A stretch of DNA of 20,000 nucleotides from the IMG/VR virus record IMGVR_UViG_3300003690_002253. One strand, 5' to 3'. The translations under genes and the position numbers were made by a program. Positions 1-8,059 of the stretch are shown piece by piece (positions within the stretch are counted from its first letter, which is position 1; each line of letters begins with the position of its first letter). The stretch is from an uncultured virus (IMG/VR IMGVR_UViG_3300003690_002253). Lineage: Duplodnaviria; Heunggongvirae; Uroviricota; Caudoviricetes. Under the pieces are notes generated by a model. That model saw nothing but the letters and a program-made list of their open reading frames with translations. It made no database searches and was not told where the DNA came from.

Positions 1-225
1 ACCGTTAAGGTCAAAATTGACTACAGCATCTGCTGTCACTGTGGCATCACCACCGATAGCAACCCACGTTGTACCGTCATCAGGTGACATTTGAAGTTTA
101 ACGGTGCCGCTACCGAAAGTACCTTCAACCACCATTTGCCCGACACCGCCGGGCCAATCAAGGGCAGTAGAGTTGCCGTCAGAATCAACACCATTAAAAA
201 CTTTCGTAAGGCTAGAATTAGCCAT
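1..225 (-). CDS. Hypothetical beta-rich, virion-like protein, partial (runs off the left edge); not in the ORF track
   Basis: ATG at 225 with AAGGAGA (235-241) 9 nt upstream. The frame is open to position 1: MANSSLTKVFNGVDSDGNSTALDWPGGVGQMVVEGTFGSGTVKLQMSPDDGTTWVAIGGDATVTADAVVNFDLNG. The GTFG..TV.LQ.SPDDG.TW pattern resembles small phage beta-sandwich proteins (recall, not a search). Confidence 0.8.
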   Translation of the reverse strand, partial: MANSSLTKVFNGVDSDGNSTALDWPGGVGQMVVEGTFGSGTVKLQMSPDDGTTWVAIGGDATVTADAVVNFDLNG

Positions 226-239
226 ATCAATCAATCTCC

Positions 240-803
240 TTATCTAATTCTCTGAGTAGTACCATAAGCAGCACCAGAAGCTGCCGATCTTGCGGGAGAA
301 TAGGCAATCCCAGCTATACCAGTGGGAACTGGCGCGTCTCCACATTCGAAAAAGGTCTGATAAATTGTAGTAGTTGGCGTCATCATCCCCATTTGATCAG
401 TGGCGACAAACACCAAACTTAAAGCACCATAATTAGTAATGCTGTTAGCCTCCGCAGACGACAAAGTGAATGTATAGTCTGTTGCTGACCCTGTCATAGC
501 GTCAAAAGTGTCGCTTGCAATTGTAGTTGCTCCCTGCTTAAGAGTAACAACCAAATTAACGTAAGAAGATCCACTGTCCTCAGAGGCTCTAACGGTCACT
601 ACGTGCAAGTCACTCGCCACAGGATCTGTCACGCTGCCCAAACCAACTTGAAACGTCTCCGGAGTGTCATCGGCATGAGTAACTGACACATAGTCATCGT
701 CGTCGTGACTTACCTCGTCTATCATAGCCCAAAGATCAGAACCCGACGATGGACTCCAGTTCCCCTCACTGACGTCAGAATTTGGGCGTGCAAATTGTGT
801 CAT
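240..803 (-). CDS. Hypothetical acidic Ser/Thr-rich protein, possibly virion or tail-associated
   Basis: 187-aa ORF with AAGGAC SD at 812-817. Alternating beta-strand patterns (VNLVVTLKQG, TDYTFTLS). Function is inferred from composition only. Confidence 0.7.
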   Translation of the reverse strand: MTQFARPNSDVSEGNWSPSSGSDLWAMIDEVSHDDDDYVSVTHADDTPETFQVGLGSVTDPVASDLHVVTVRASEDSGSSYVNLVVTLKQGATTIASDTFDAMTGSATDYTFTLSSAEANSITNYGALSLVFVATDQMGMMTPTTTIYQTFFECGDAPVPTGIAGIAYSPARSAASGAAYGTTQRIR

Positions 804-846
804 AACGTTTTGTCCTTAAACAAACTCCACTCCACCATTCTACACA

Positions 847-1191
847 TCATATCTGACTACCTCCATAATACAGGTACCAAATGACAAACAACTGGAAAGC
901 AGTGACGCCGAGTGTTGCACCCCACCCCCAACCTGATCGTACCTTACGCAGCCACTGACACAAGCGAATAACTAGATATGTATTCAGCACCTTGAGCGCA
1001 CACAAGAGCCCAATACCGTTTATGTTGTGAGAATTTCCCAATTTGATAATAAAAACAGCGAGAGGATTCTTCTCAAACTCTAACAGTGTTGGACCCATGT
1101 GTACTGACCAAAACACATCTACCGCCGTCACCATGAAAATAATGAATAAGCAGCATTCAAACATCATGTTGGCTTTCCGCAGCTTACGCAT
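847..1191 (-). CDS. Small membrane protein, DUF5658-like
   Basis: 114 aa, three hydrophobic segments and a D...G....E.NP motif (VDVFWS...GPTLLEFEKNPL). GGAGG SD at 1199-1203. Confidence 0.65.
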   Translation of the reverse strand: MRKLRKANMMFECCLFIIFMVTAVDVFWSVHMGPTLLEFEKNPLAVFIIKLGNSHNINGIGLLCALKVLNTYLVIRLCQWLRKVRSGWGWGATLGVTAFQLFVIWYLYYGGSQI

Positions 1192-1262
1192 ATGCCGCCC
1201 TCCGTGGCTTGCATGTTCGACTGTACTTAACTCCTAAGGCAGAATAGAAACCCCCAAATGTT

Positions 1263-1841
1263 CTACCCTTCAGTCATATAGCTATCACGGGCATATCCAA
1301 ATGTTTCAAAATCCTCACGATAGATGTCCCATATCCTATCCGCCACGCTCTGGTCAGCGTAATACTCTTTGGGAGACAAGTGATAAGAACTTTGAAAAGT
1401 ATTTTCTCGAAACTTGAAATCCTTCGGAAAAGAAGGGATCTTTTTCAAATCCTTTTCCAAACATTCTAAATGAATAAAGTAGTCCACGTCTTCAATCCGT
1501 GGACCCAGCACAAAAGTGACCGGGAAAATGTGTCCCGGAACACCGTCTTTTCTGGTCACCGGAAACGGATGATGCACAAAATCCGGAAACGAATCAGGAT
1601 GATAAGCAGACTCGCTAATCAAGTTCATCCACTTCCACACCGACAACGCACGAAGATAAGGATTTCTAACAGAGCATACCACCTCATACTCGGCATACTT
1701 GGGATCACAGCCAATATCATGTGTCATGCGAAAATCAAACGAGTACGCCTGCTTCAAACACTCAAACACGTACCTAGAGCCGGTCCTCGGTAAACCCCAG
1801 TAGACAAGTTTTTCGCTGTGGATGTAATTCACATTCGCCAC
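1263..1841 (-). CDS. Sulfotransferase family 2 (Sulfotransfer_2-like) protein
   Basis: 5'-PSB-like PRTGS, 3'-PB-like SVRNPYLRALSVW and C-terminal IYREDFETFGY. GTG start. Confidence 0.85.
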   Translation of the reverse strand: MANVNYIHSEKLVYWGLPRTGSRYVFECLKQAYSFDFRMTHDIGCDPKYAEYEVVCSVRNPYLRALSVWKWMNLISESAYHPDSFPDFVHHPFPVTRKDGVPGHIFPVTFVLGPRIEDVDYFIHLECLEKDLKKIPSFPKDFKFRENTFQSSYHLSPKEYYADQSVADRIWDIYREDFETFGYARDSYMTEG

Positions 1842-1843
1842 CT

Positions 1844-1878
1844 AAAAGGGGCCGAGAACATTGTCCCCGGCCCCTTTT
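1844..1878 (-). terminator. Intrinsic terminator-like hairpin, possibly bidirectional
   Basis: AAAAGGGGCCG (1844-1854) and CGGCCCCTTTT (1868-1878) form a perfect inverted repeat. On the minus strand the stem extends by G-U pairs (GGGAC/GUUCU) and is followed by UUUU. Confidence 0.75.
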
Positions 1879-2006
1879 GTTGCACGCGTGCAATTAACTC
1901 TGAACTTATTTAGTAAGCCCCCAGAGAGTGTTTGGGGCTCTATTAGAAACAGCTTAATGCTGTGTTACTACAATCTAACAGATGCGAATACATAAACCAA
2001 TATTTA

Positions 2007-2606
2007 TTAGTAACGCAACAACCCCCACACTTGACTGTCGACATAGTGACTACCAGAGGCCGGAGTACGGTTGTTTTTGTCGTACTCTTTCCTGACATAC
2101 ACAGCCTCTCGCTTGAGTCCTTCCATAATGAAACCCGCAGCCGAAGCACACTTCTGAGACGCGATGTTTGACACCAGTATCTCCGCCGTTAATCTTCGTA
2201 GGTTGAGAAAATTGAAGGAAAAGGACGCACCACCTTTAACAATAATCTTCCCTATCCCCATGCCCCTGTAATCCGGCATGAGGTCCCACCCTGCATCAGC
2301 ACAACGATTGATGTAGTCAATGTTAGCAAGCTTGAAAAATCCTACGACGTCCTTTTCTTTGCCCTCTCGCTGCACCAGCGTAAGAAACAGCTTGTCGGGC
2401 TGGTTAACATCTGTTTGCATGCTGTCAAACCAGCGCTCTTGATCCTCTTCGTTAACAATGGTGCCGGTGTGCGTGTTCCCCCACGTTTCCGCTTTCAGCT
2501 CTGACAACAGCCGTAGGTCTCCTCTCGCTAGCTTGCGGAAACCAAAGTTCTCGTCACACACATAAAGGGTTGGTATGTTCATCGAGCCTCCACCAATCAA
2601 AGTCAT
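2007..2606 (-). CDS. GNAT N-acetyltransferase, RimJ/RimL family (PseH-like)
   Basis: Acetyl-CoA motif A (PDYRGMGIGK), NLRRLTAEILVSNIASQK..AAGFIMEGLKRE and IDYINRCADAGW. The start is either 2606 (ATGA overlap with the upstream stop) or 2582 (GGTGGAGG upstream). Confidence 0.9.
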   Translation of the reverse strand: MTLIGGGSMNIPTLYVCDENFGFRKLARGDLRLLSELKAETWGNTHTGTIVNEEDQERWFDSMQTDVNQPDKLFLTLVQREGKEKDVVGFFKLANIDYINRCADAGWDLMPDYRGMGIGKIIVKGGASFSFNFLNLRRLTAEILVSNIASQKCASAAGFIMEGLKREAVYVRKEYDKNNRTPASGSHYVDSQVWGLLRY

Positions 2607-3406
2607 TCAACATTTCTGATAGCTCCCTCATAGGAGATGGGACGCAATAAGGTCTCACCCTCCGTAGTGAAGGAGACCGCGTCTGATACGTGACGCCCCG
2701 GAAAAGGACCTCCATAGGGAATGTCCTTCTTCGTAGCCATACAGAAAAACGGAAAAACATAGTCTACGGACATGTCGATTATCTTGAATCCCTGATCTGT
2801 AAATTTGCGTAAAAACAAACGTTGGCAGGCATCCCCGTGCTTGTAAATGTGCCAACGACTATCAATTCCCGGCAGTGAAAACGTGTTACGTGTCCTGAAT
2901 GCCGCCAAGTTAATAATACCATTGGAATTAGATGACAAGTTGTATTTCCAACAACAGGAACAATAAACAACCCGGTCTCGATTCTCCTTGTCCGTAAAGT
3001 ATCTCATTACCATCTCGGTGTCAAAACCCACCTTACACGGTATGTAGTCATCTTCTATCAGGAAGGAGAAATCCAAGCCATCCGCATGATTGATCAATGC
3101 GTGTTCCCATGCCCCATATGAGAAGGCGTAATTCGGTCGTGAACAAATAACCCACTCACGATCATCTTCAGAGTTCTTAGCTTCAATGATGGAAACAGCT
3201 TCCTTGTAAACTTCATCATCAGAGCCATCTTCACGCAGGTTACAGACGAAAATCACACGCTCTATGTGTGTGGCACACTCCGTAAGAACCTTCACGTGCT
3301 CACGAAGACAATAAAGAGGGTCAACATCTCCCCAGTGTTCTGTCCACGAACGACGAGGGCCGAAGTATACCGCACAAACGTATCCCGTTCTCATGGTCTC
3401 AGGCAT
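2603..3406 (-). CDS. Putative GT-A-fold glycosyltransferase-like protein (paralog 2)
   Basis: DFSFLIEDDY (DxD-like motif after a beta-strand) and RPNYAFSYGAW. It lies between sugar-pathway genes and overlaps both neighbours. Confidence 0.6.
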   Translation of the reverse strand: MPETMRTGYVCAVYFGPRRSWTEHWGDVDPLYCLREHVKVLTECATHIERVIFVCNLREDGSDDEVYKEAVSIIEAKNSEDDREWVICSRPNYAFSYGAWEHALINHADGLDFSFLIEDDYIPCKVGFDTEMVMRYFTDKENRDRVVYCSCCWKYNLSSNSNGIINLAAFRTRNTFSLPGIDSRWHIYKHGDACQRLFLRKFTDQGFKIIDMSVDYVFPFFCMATKKDIPYGGPFPGRHVSDAVSFTTEGETLLRPISYEGAIRNVE

Positions 3407-4262
3407 CTACAGTAGCTCCTCCCGACAACACAGAGAAACCCGCCATGTCTTCCACATGCAAATCTTCTGGAAAGATATGAACCTTCCGTTGCTGCGATTC
3501 AACAGAAGACATCCCGTGCTTATGAGCATCTTTTACCACCAGCTGGATGGGAACAAAGACAACAGAGCCGTTACAGTTACCGAAATAAGACATTTTACGT
3601 GCGCGGTAATGCATGAAAGGCATGTAGTACTCCGCCGCCATATTTCGAATGCTTAATCCCTTGTCCTCGAATGTTGTCAAAAACTGTGCTTGAGCATGAG
3701 GCCCATTACTCTTACCAACATCATCCAAGTAGAACGTATTTCCATTGTCACGAAACACTTTAACGTTGATGAGCCCGTTAGAGATGGCAGCATGCCCCGG
3801 ATCGTGTTTACCTGCGGAGACAAACCACGAAGCACAGAAAAGAACGTTCTCCCTGTCCTCTTCCGTAGAGTAGTACCGAGAGAGTATCTCCGCATCAAAC
3901 CCGTGTTTACAAACCACGTAGTCGTCTTCTACCAAGAAAGCAAAGTCAATGTCGTCACAGTTCCCTTGAAGCGAGGCGTTCCATGCGCCATAAGAAAAAT
4001 GCTTATTGGGACGACGAAAAAGAGTAATAGGGATGTCAGTCGTCTTCTGATACTCAGCTACCTTCTTTTCCATCTCCTCAAAGTGTGCAAGATGATGATC
4101 GTCCGCATTGCAGGGAATTATTATGCTGTCAATACACGTAGCATTTTTGAAAAGCCACGGGAGATAGTCGTCCACATAGAAGTTGAGAGTGCCCCTCTTC
4201 TGGCCGCACCTCGGTCCGAGAAAAGTAGCGCTGATGTAAGCTATTTTATGTCCATTCCACAT
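3399..4262 (-). CDS. Putative GT-A-fold glycosyltransferase-like protein (paralog 1)
   Basis: DFAFLVEDDY and RPNKHFSYGAW. Colinear similarity to 2603-3406. Starts 1 nt after the aminotransferase stop. Confidence 0.6.
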   Translation of the reverse strand: MWNGHKIAYISATFLGPRCGQKRGTLNFYVDDYLPWLFKNATCIDSIIIPCNADDHHLAHFEEMEKKVAEYQKTTDIPITLFRRPNKHFSYGAWNASLQGNCDDIDFAFLVEDDYVVCKHGFDAEILSRYYSTEEDRENVLFCASWFVSAGKHDPGHAAISNGLINVKVFRDNGNTFYLDDVGKSNGPHAQAQFLTTFEDKGLSIRNMAAEYYMPFMHYRARKMSYFGNCNGSVVFVPIQLVVKDAHKHGMSSVESQQRKVHIFPEDLHVEDMAGFSVLSGGATVDA

Positions 4263-4263
4263 A

Positions 4264-5385
4264 CTACCACCCAGACCTGATCACACTCACAATGTGGTCT
4301 ATATCTTTAGCCTCGACCCACCAACCACACGGAATACAAATCATGTCTGAGCACACCTCGTCTGTGCCGGGGAGGGGAACTCGGTACTTGGCAAGACAGG
4401 TATGCTTGTCGTTACGGTCATGTACTCGACTACACGCAATCCCTTCCCCCTGCAACTTCTTCACAAAGTCATCTCTTCGCTCTACTCGCAATGTGTAAAT
4501 CCAGTACGAGGAACGACATCTCTCAGGCATGTGATCCAGCAATGTAATGCCATCTACGTCACCCAAGGCAGCATCATAAAGCATCCCGTTGGTTCTATGA
4601 GCATGGACGATTTCTTTGATTGATGCGAAGTTCTGGATGCCGATGACGGCATTAATGTCATTCATGTGGAACTTGTATCCCCATTCTGACACGTTCTGCT
4701 CGCACCGCATGTCAGGACTCTTCTCCCGATCCAATCCAAACCACCTGAGCAGCTTGGCCCTTCGATGCGACTCGTAATCAGGAGAGATGAGCACACCACC
4801 GTCACCTGTTGTAAGGTGTTTGATGGCCTGAAAGCTGTGTGCCACGAAATTACCGTGGTTCCCAAGCACCTTTCCGTCCCATTCTGCCCCGAAAGCATGG
4901 GCAGCATCCTCGATAATGGGCGGTCTGTAGCCATAAAGGTGCTCAGATTCGTCCTGAACGGCCCTCAGAGCGTCCAGATCGCACGGAGTGCCTCCCCAGT
5001 GGACAACCATGATCCCAGCGACGTCTGGCCCCAGCTTACGCCGTAGATCCTGCATATCTACATTGCAGGTGGCCGGGTCGGTATCTACCCAGCGAATGTC
5101 GTATCCATTCGCCAGTATGGGGAAGTTGGTAGCTGTGCAGGTGAGAGGGATCGTGAGTATCGTGTTACGATCGCCTGCATGCTTTCGAATAAGGTGCAAT
5201 GCCAGATGAAGAGCAGACGTACCAGCATTCACAGCAGCACACAAAGAAGTACTCGTGTACTCCTTCAGTAGCTCCTCGAACTCGTCAACCTTCGGACCTT
5301 GTGCAATGTATCCGGATTGAAGAACGTCACTGAGAGGGGATGTCACGCCCTCGGCGACAAAGACTTTGAACAACGGGATGTTCAC
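4264..5385 (-). CDS. DegT/DnrJ/EryC1/StrS-family PLP-dependent sugar aminotransferase
   Basis: QGPKVDEFE, VNAGTSALHLAL, IIEDAAHAFG, PLP-lysine motif SFQAIKHLTTGDGG and GYKFHMNDINA. GTG start with AAGGAG SD at 5392-5397. Confidence 0.95.
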   Translation of the reverse strand: MNIPLFKVFVAEGVTSPLSDVLQSGYIAQGPKVDEFEELLKEYTSTSLCAAVNAGTSALHLALHLIRKHAGDRNTILTIPLTCTATNFPILANGYDIRWVDTDPATCNVDMQDLRRKLGPDVAGIMVVHWGGTPCDLDALRAVQDESEHLYGYRPPIIEDAAHAFGAEWDGKVLGNHGNFVAHSFQAIKHLTTGDGGVLISPDYESHRRAKLLRWFGLDREKSPDMRCEQNVSEWGYKFHMNDINAVIGIQNFASIKEIVHAHRTNGMLYDAALGDVDGITLLDHMPERCRSSYWIYTLRVERRDDFVKKLQGEGIACSRVHDRNDKHTCLAKYRVPLPGTDEVCSDMICIPCGWWVEAKDIDHIVSVIRSGW

Positions 5386-5388
5386 TTG

Positions 5389-5754
5389 TTACTCCTTGGA
5401 TTTAAATGGAATCGCCTCCCCGTTTCTTCGTAGTATATCAAAACATTCGGTACAACCCATGTGTGTCCCCTCATGTGATGAAATATAATGATAGGCTCTA
5501 ACCTGCATGTTTGAAGTGAGCCTCCATCGAGAAGCCATCCCAGTCAGCAGTTGATACGTGGACTTGACGTCCTCTCGTGCCTCTGCCTCTCGCAACTTTG
5601 CCGCCTCTTCAGAATCCTCTATCTGCTGCCGCAACTCAGATATTCGCGTTTCAAGAGCACCAACATGCTGAAGCGAAACCATGCTGAATACTACCGAGGA
5701 TGTTAGAAGAAGACAAAACAACAAGTTAAGTCCGATTTCACGTCGCATAACCAT
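5389..5754 (-). CDS. Membrane-anchored coiled-coil protein with a C-terminal His/Cys motif
   Basis: N-terminal hydrophobic helix, coiled coil (LETRISELRQQIEDSEE) and HY...H...H.GC.EC. GGAGG SD upstream. Confidence 0.7.
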   Translation of the reverse strand: MVMRREIGLNLLFCLLLTSSVVFSMVSLQHVGALETRISELRQQIEDSEEAAKLREAEAREDVKSTYQLLTGMASRWRLTSNMQVRAYHYISSHEGTHMGCTECFDILRRNGEAIPFKSKE

Positions 5755-6073
5755 TTCCTCCTAGGGTTATCTTCCCTTCTGTACTTCGTGGCGGTGCTTG
5801 GGGTCTCGCCGGAACCGGGAATGGAATAGGGATGACTGGCTGTATCTGAATGAATATTGGTTTACTCATCATCTCCAGCTGCCCCTTTTCCAGCGCCTCA
5901 AGCCGCTGGTTAACACTCTGACCATCTCCATGGTCAACTTCGTACCTACGAACTTCTCTTCCTGTTAAGCCTCCCAAAAGAAGCAGAGATATAACAGATA
6001 AAAAAGAAGCAATCCTACTCTTTCGCCGAACTTTGACTTTTGATCCAACAAGATCAACAGATTGATGAGACAT
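5738..6073 (-). CDS. Hypothetical single-TM protein with a Pro-rich tail
   Basis: Basic stretch, then TM (IASFLSVISLLLLGGL), short coiled coil and PVIPIPFPVP. GGAGG SD upstream. Confidence 0.7.
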   Translation of the reverse strand: MSHQSVDLVGSKVKVRRKSRIASFLSVISLLLLGGLTGREVRRYEVDHGDGQSVNQRLEALEKGQLEMMSKPIFIQIQPVIPIPFPVPARPQAPPRSTEGKITLGGNGYAT

Positions 6074-6103
6074 TTTCGCCCTCCTTGGCTTAAATCTCGA
6101 AAT

Positions 6104-6331
6104 TTACAGGTTCCTCGCATACACTTGCCAAAACACATGGCCACACAAAAAGCCTGCCATAAAAGATATGACAGGCCACTGTCTTGCCGACTCGTATAAC
6201 ACAACACTAACCGTAGCATCTTCGTTCCCGGTGCAAAGAAGATAGGCGTCCCAACTTCCCATCGCGAGAACAATAAATACGATTAACATCCGTGTTATAA
6301 CTACATGATCCATCTGAGCCTCCTTGCTCAT
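6104..6331 (-). CDS. Small two-TM membrane protein
   Basis: 75 aa with two hydrophobic helices. The internal ATG at 6313 (MDHVV) follows AAGGAGG and may be the real start. Confidence 0.7.
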   Translation of the reverse strand: MSKEAQMDHVVITRMLIVFIVLAMGSWDAYLLCTGNEDATVSVVLYESARQWPVISFMAGFLCGHVFWQVYARNL

Positions 6332-6404
6332 CAGAGTCGCTACATATATTTTCCTTTTTTAGACTGCCTGAGTCTAGGTCATCCCTGTTAATTAACGCTG
6401 GTAA

Positions 6405-7463
6405 TTACAGCAACGCAGCTAGACGTCCGAGTTGTGCTGTCTTACCAAACTGATTAGGACTACCTGTGCGTACCAGCCCGGGCATCTTCTCCGCCCGGTG
6501 CTTAAACCAGTTTTCCCTCGCTGCCCTTGCTTCAGGTGACATATACTCCTCCATCCATTCCTCACCCTCTCGAAGATCTCCGGGCACCCGCTCCTGCTTA
6601 TCGTTCCACTTAAGAGCCTCTTGCGCCTCTTGTGCATTAGTAACGTGCTTCCCCGTAGCTTCGTAATAATTACGCTTAATCGTGGCTAGGAACGCTTCTG
6701 ACTCACGACGGCTTGAGAAATAGTTGGCATAAGACTCTGGATTCTGGCGGTAATAGTCTTGAGACGACTCTCCAAGGTATGTTTTAATATCGTCGTAGTA
6801 GCTCGGGCGATAGTATCGATCCAACTCGGTCCCCGTGGTCGTCGCGCTCGGTGATTGCGATGCATGCGTTAATTCATGTCCGAGCACCTCTGCGCCTTTA
6901 TCCTTGGTGACCAGTCCTCCATACGGATTTGTTGATGGCATGGTAATCCGCCCAGTAATGGGGGAGTAAAACCCGCCGAGACCGATAGCATCCCCTTCAC
7001 CGCCCAGATTTTGATATTCTCGCGCAAAGCCTTCACGTGTTAGCGTGGTAGCAGGAATTTTACGATCAATCGATTTATCAGAAATATCCTGCGTATACGG
7101 TTGCTCAACTCGCGGGTTAGATGCCCGCCACGCTTTGGCGTGTTGTTGCGCTCCCGCTCTATAACCTTTCGGCAATACATCTGCTAACGATACTGACTTA
7201 CGGTCTACAACGGCACGCAAAGATGACCCGGGATAATCTGGCGGCAGTCTCGTGGTATCTACGCCAGCTAAATGCTCCGGGTTTTGGTGTTTAGGGGGAA
7301 GAATTGCAGGTGGAGCTACTGGCTTGATGGTCGTGAACGGGTCCATCGAACCGCCCACCGAATAGGGGTCATCCTCATAGACCCCAAGCGGGCTGTCGCC
7401 CGGCCATGCCTTCTTCTCCATGGCAGCTAGACGTCCGAGTTGTGCTATTTTTTGTAAGTGCAT
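6405..7463 (-). CDS. Leader-bearing protein with a zincin-like HExxH metallopeptidase motif
   Basis: Start reassigned from 7505 to 7463 (MHLQKIAQLGRLAAMEKKA), which matches the sibling leaders and removes the overlap. GGFYSP..GRITM, LGHELTHASQ (HELTH at 6864-6878) and a downstream RESEAF. Confidence 0.75.
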   Translation of the reverse strand: MHLQKIAQLGRLAAMEKKAWPGDSPLGVYEDDPYSVGGSMDPFTTIKPVAPPAILPPKHQNPEHLAGVDTTRLPPDYPGSSLRAVVDRKSVSLADVLPKGYRAGAQQHAKAWRASNPRVEQPYTQDISDKSIDRKIPATTLTREGFAREYQNLGGEGDAIGLGGFYSPITGRITMPSTNPYGGLVTKDKGAEVLGHELTHASQSPSATTTGTELDRYYRPSYYDDIKTYLGESSQDYYRQNPESYANYFSSRRESEAFLATIKRNYYEATGKHVTNAQEAQEALKWNDKQERVPGDLREGEEWMEEYMSPEARAARENWFKHRAEKMPGLVRTGSPNQFGKTAQLGRLAALL

Positions 7464-7477
7464 AGTGAGTAGGCCGT

Positions 7478-7975
7478 TTACCGCTGGTAATTCCGGTAGT
7501 TCCATAGCTTGGGGTAATTAGTCTGCCGGAGTCGCTGCATCGACCGCTTGTTTTTCTGGTACTGAGGGTTAAGTACCGTGCCGTACCCAGAAGGTGCTGG
7601 TACTCTCTGCCTCATGTAATTGAGTCGTCCTTGTACTTCCTCGGGAGTAGCATCAGCCCATGGGTTATTCTGTACTACTCCGTGGGGATCAGTAAGCTCA
7701 CGATAATTATGCATCTCTGCCATCCACTTCTGGTATGCCTCATTGGTCCTCACCGTCGGAACGCCCGGATGCTTCCAGCCCTTAGGTTTATTAGGTATTC
7801 CCGCACTAAAAGGAGCTAGTCCAGAGCCCTTCGGCCCATATAGCGGTTTATTCAATTCCGCAGGAGGCGGCACGCCAGCAAGATTTGGAATCCCTCCACC
7901 TTGTGGAGCCGCGTCCTGAGCCATCTTCCCCATGGCGGATAAACGTCCGAGTTGTGCTATTTTTTTAAGATTCAT
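7478..7975 (-). CDS. Leader-bearing hypothetical Pro-rich protein
   Basis: 165 aa, begins MNLKKIAQLGRLSAMGKMA. Confidence 0.8.
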   Translation of the reverse strand: MNLKKIAQLGRLSAMGKMAQDAAPQGGGIPNLAGVPPPAELNKPLYGPKGSGLAPFSAGIPNKPKGWKHPGVPTVRTNEAYQKWMAEMHNYRELTDPHGVVQNNPWADATPEEVQGRLNYMRQRVPAPSGYGTVLNPQYQKNKRSMQRLRQTNYPKLWNYRNYQR

Positions 7976-8059
7976 TATGTGGTGCCTTTATTCTCGCAGA
8001 CCCAGCCAGATCTGGCGGGTGGATCGGGGCGACTGACTGGCTGGAAAACTCTCTTCTTC

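Noticed and set aside
36..230. 64-aa ORF from the track
   Set aside because: An overlapping frame starting at ATG 225 has better SD spacing and a far more protein-like translation.
5389..5500. CTEC as a c-type heme-binding site
   Set aside because: The motif is CxxCF, not CxxCH.
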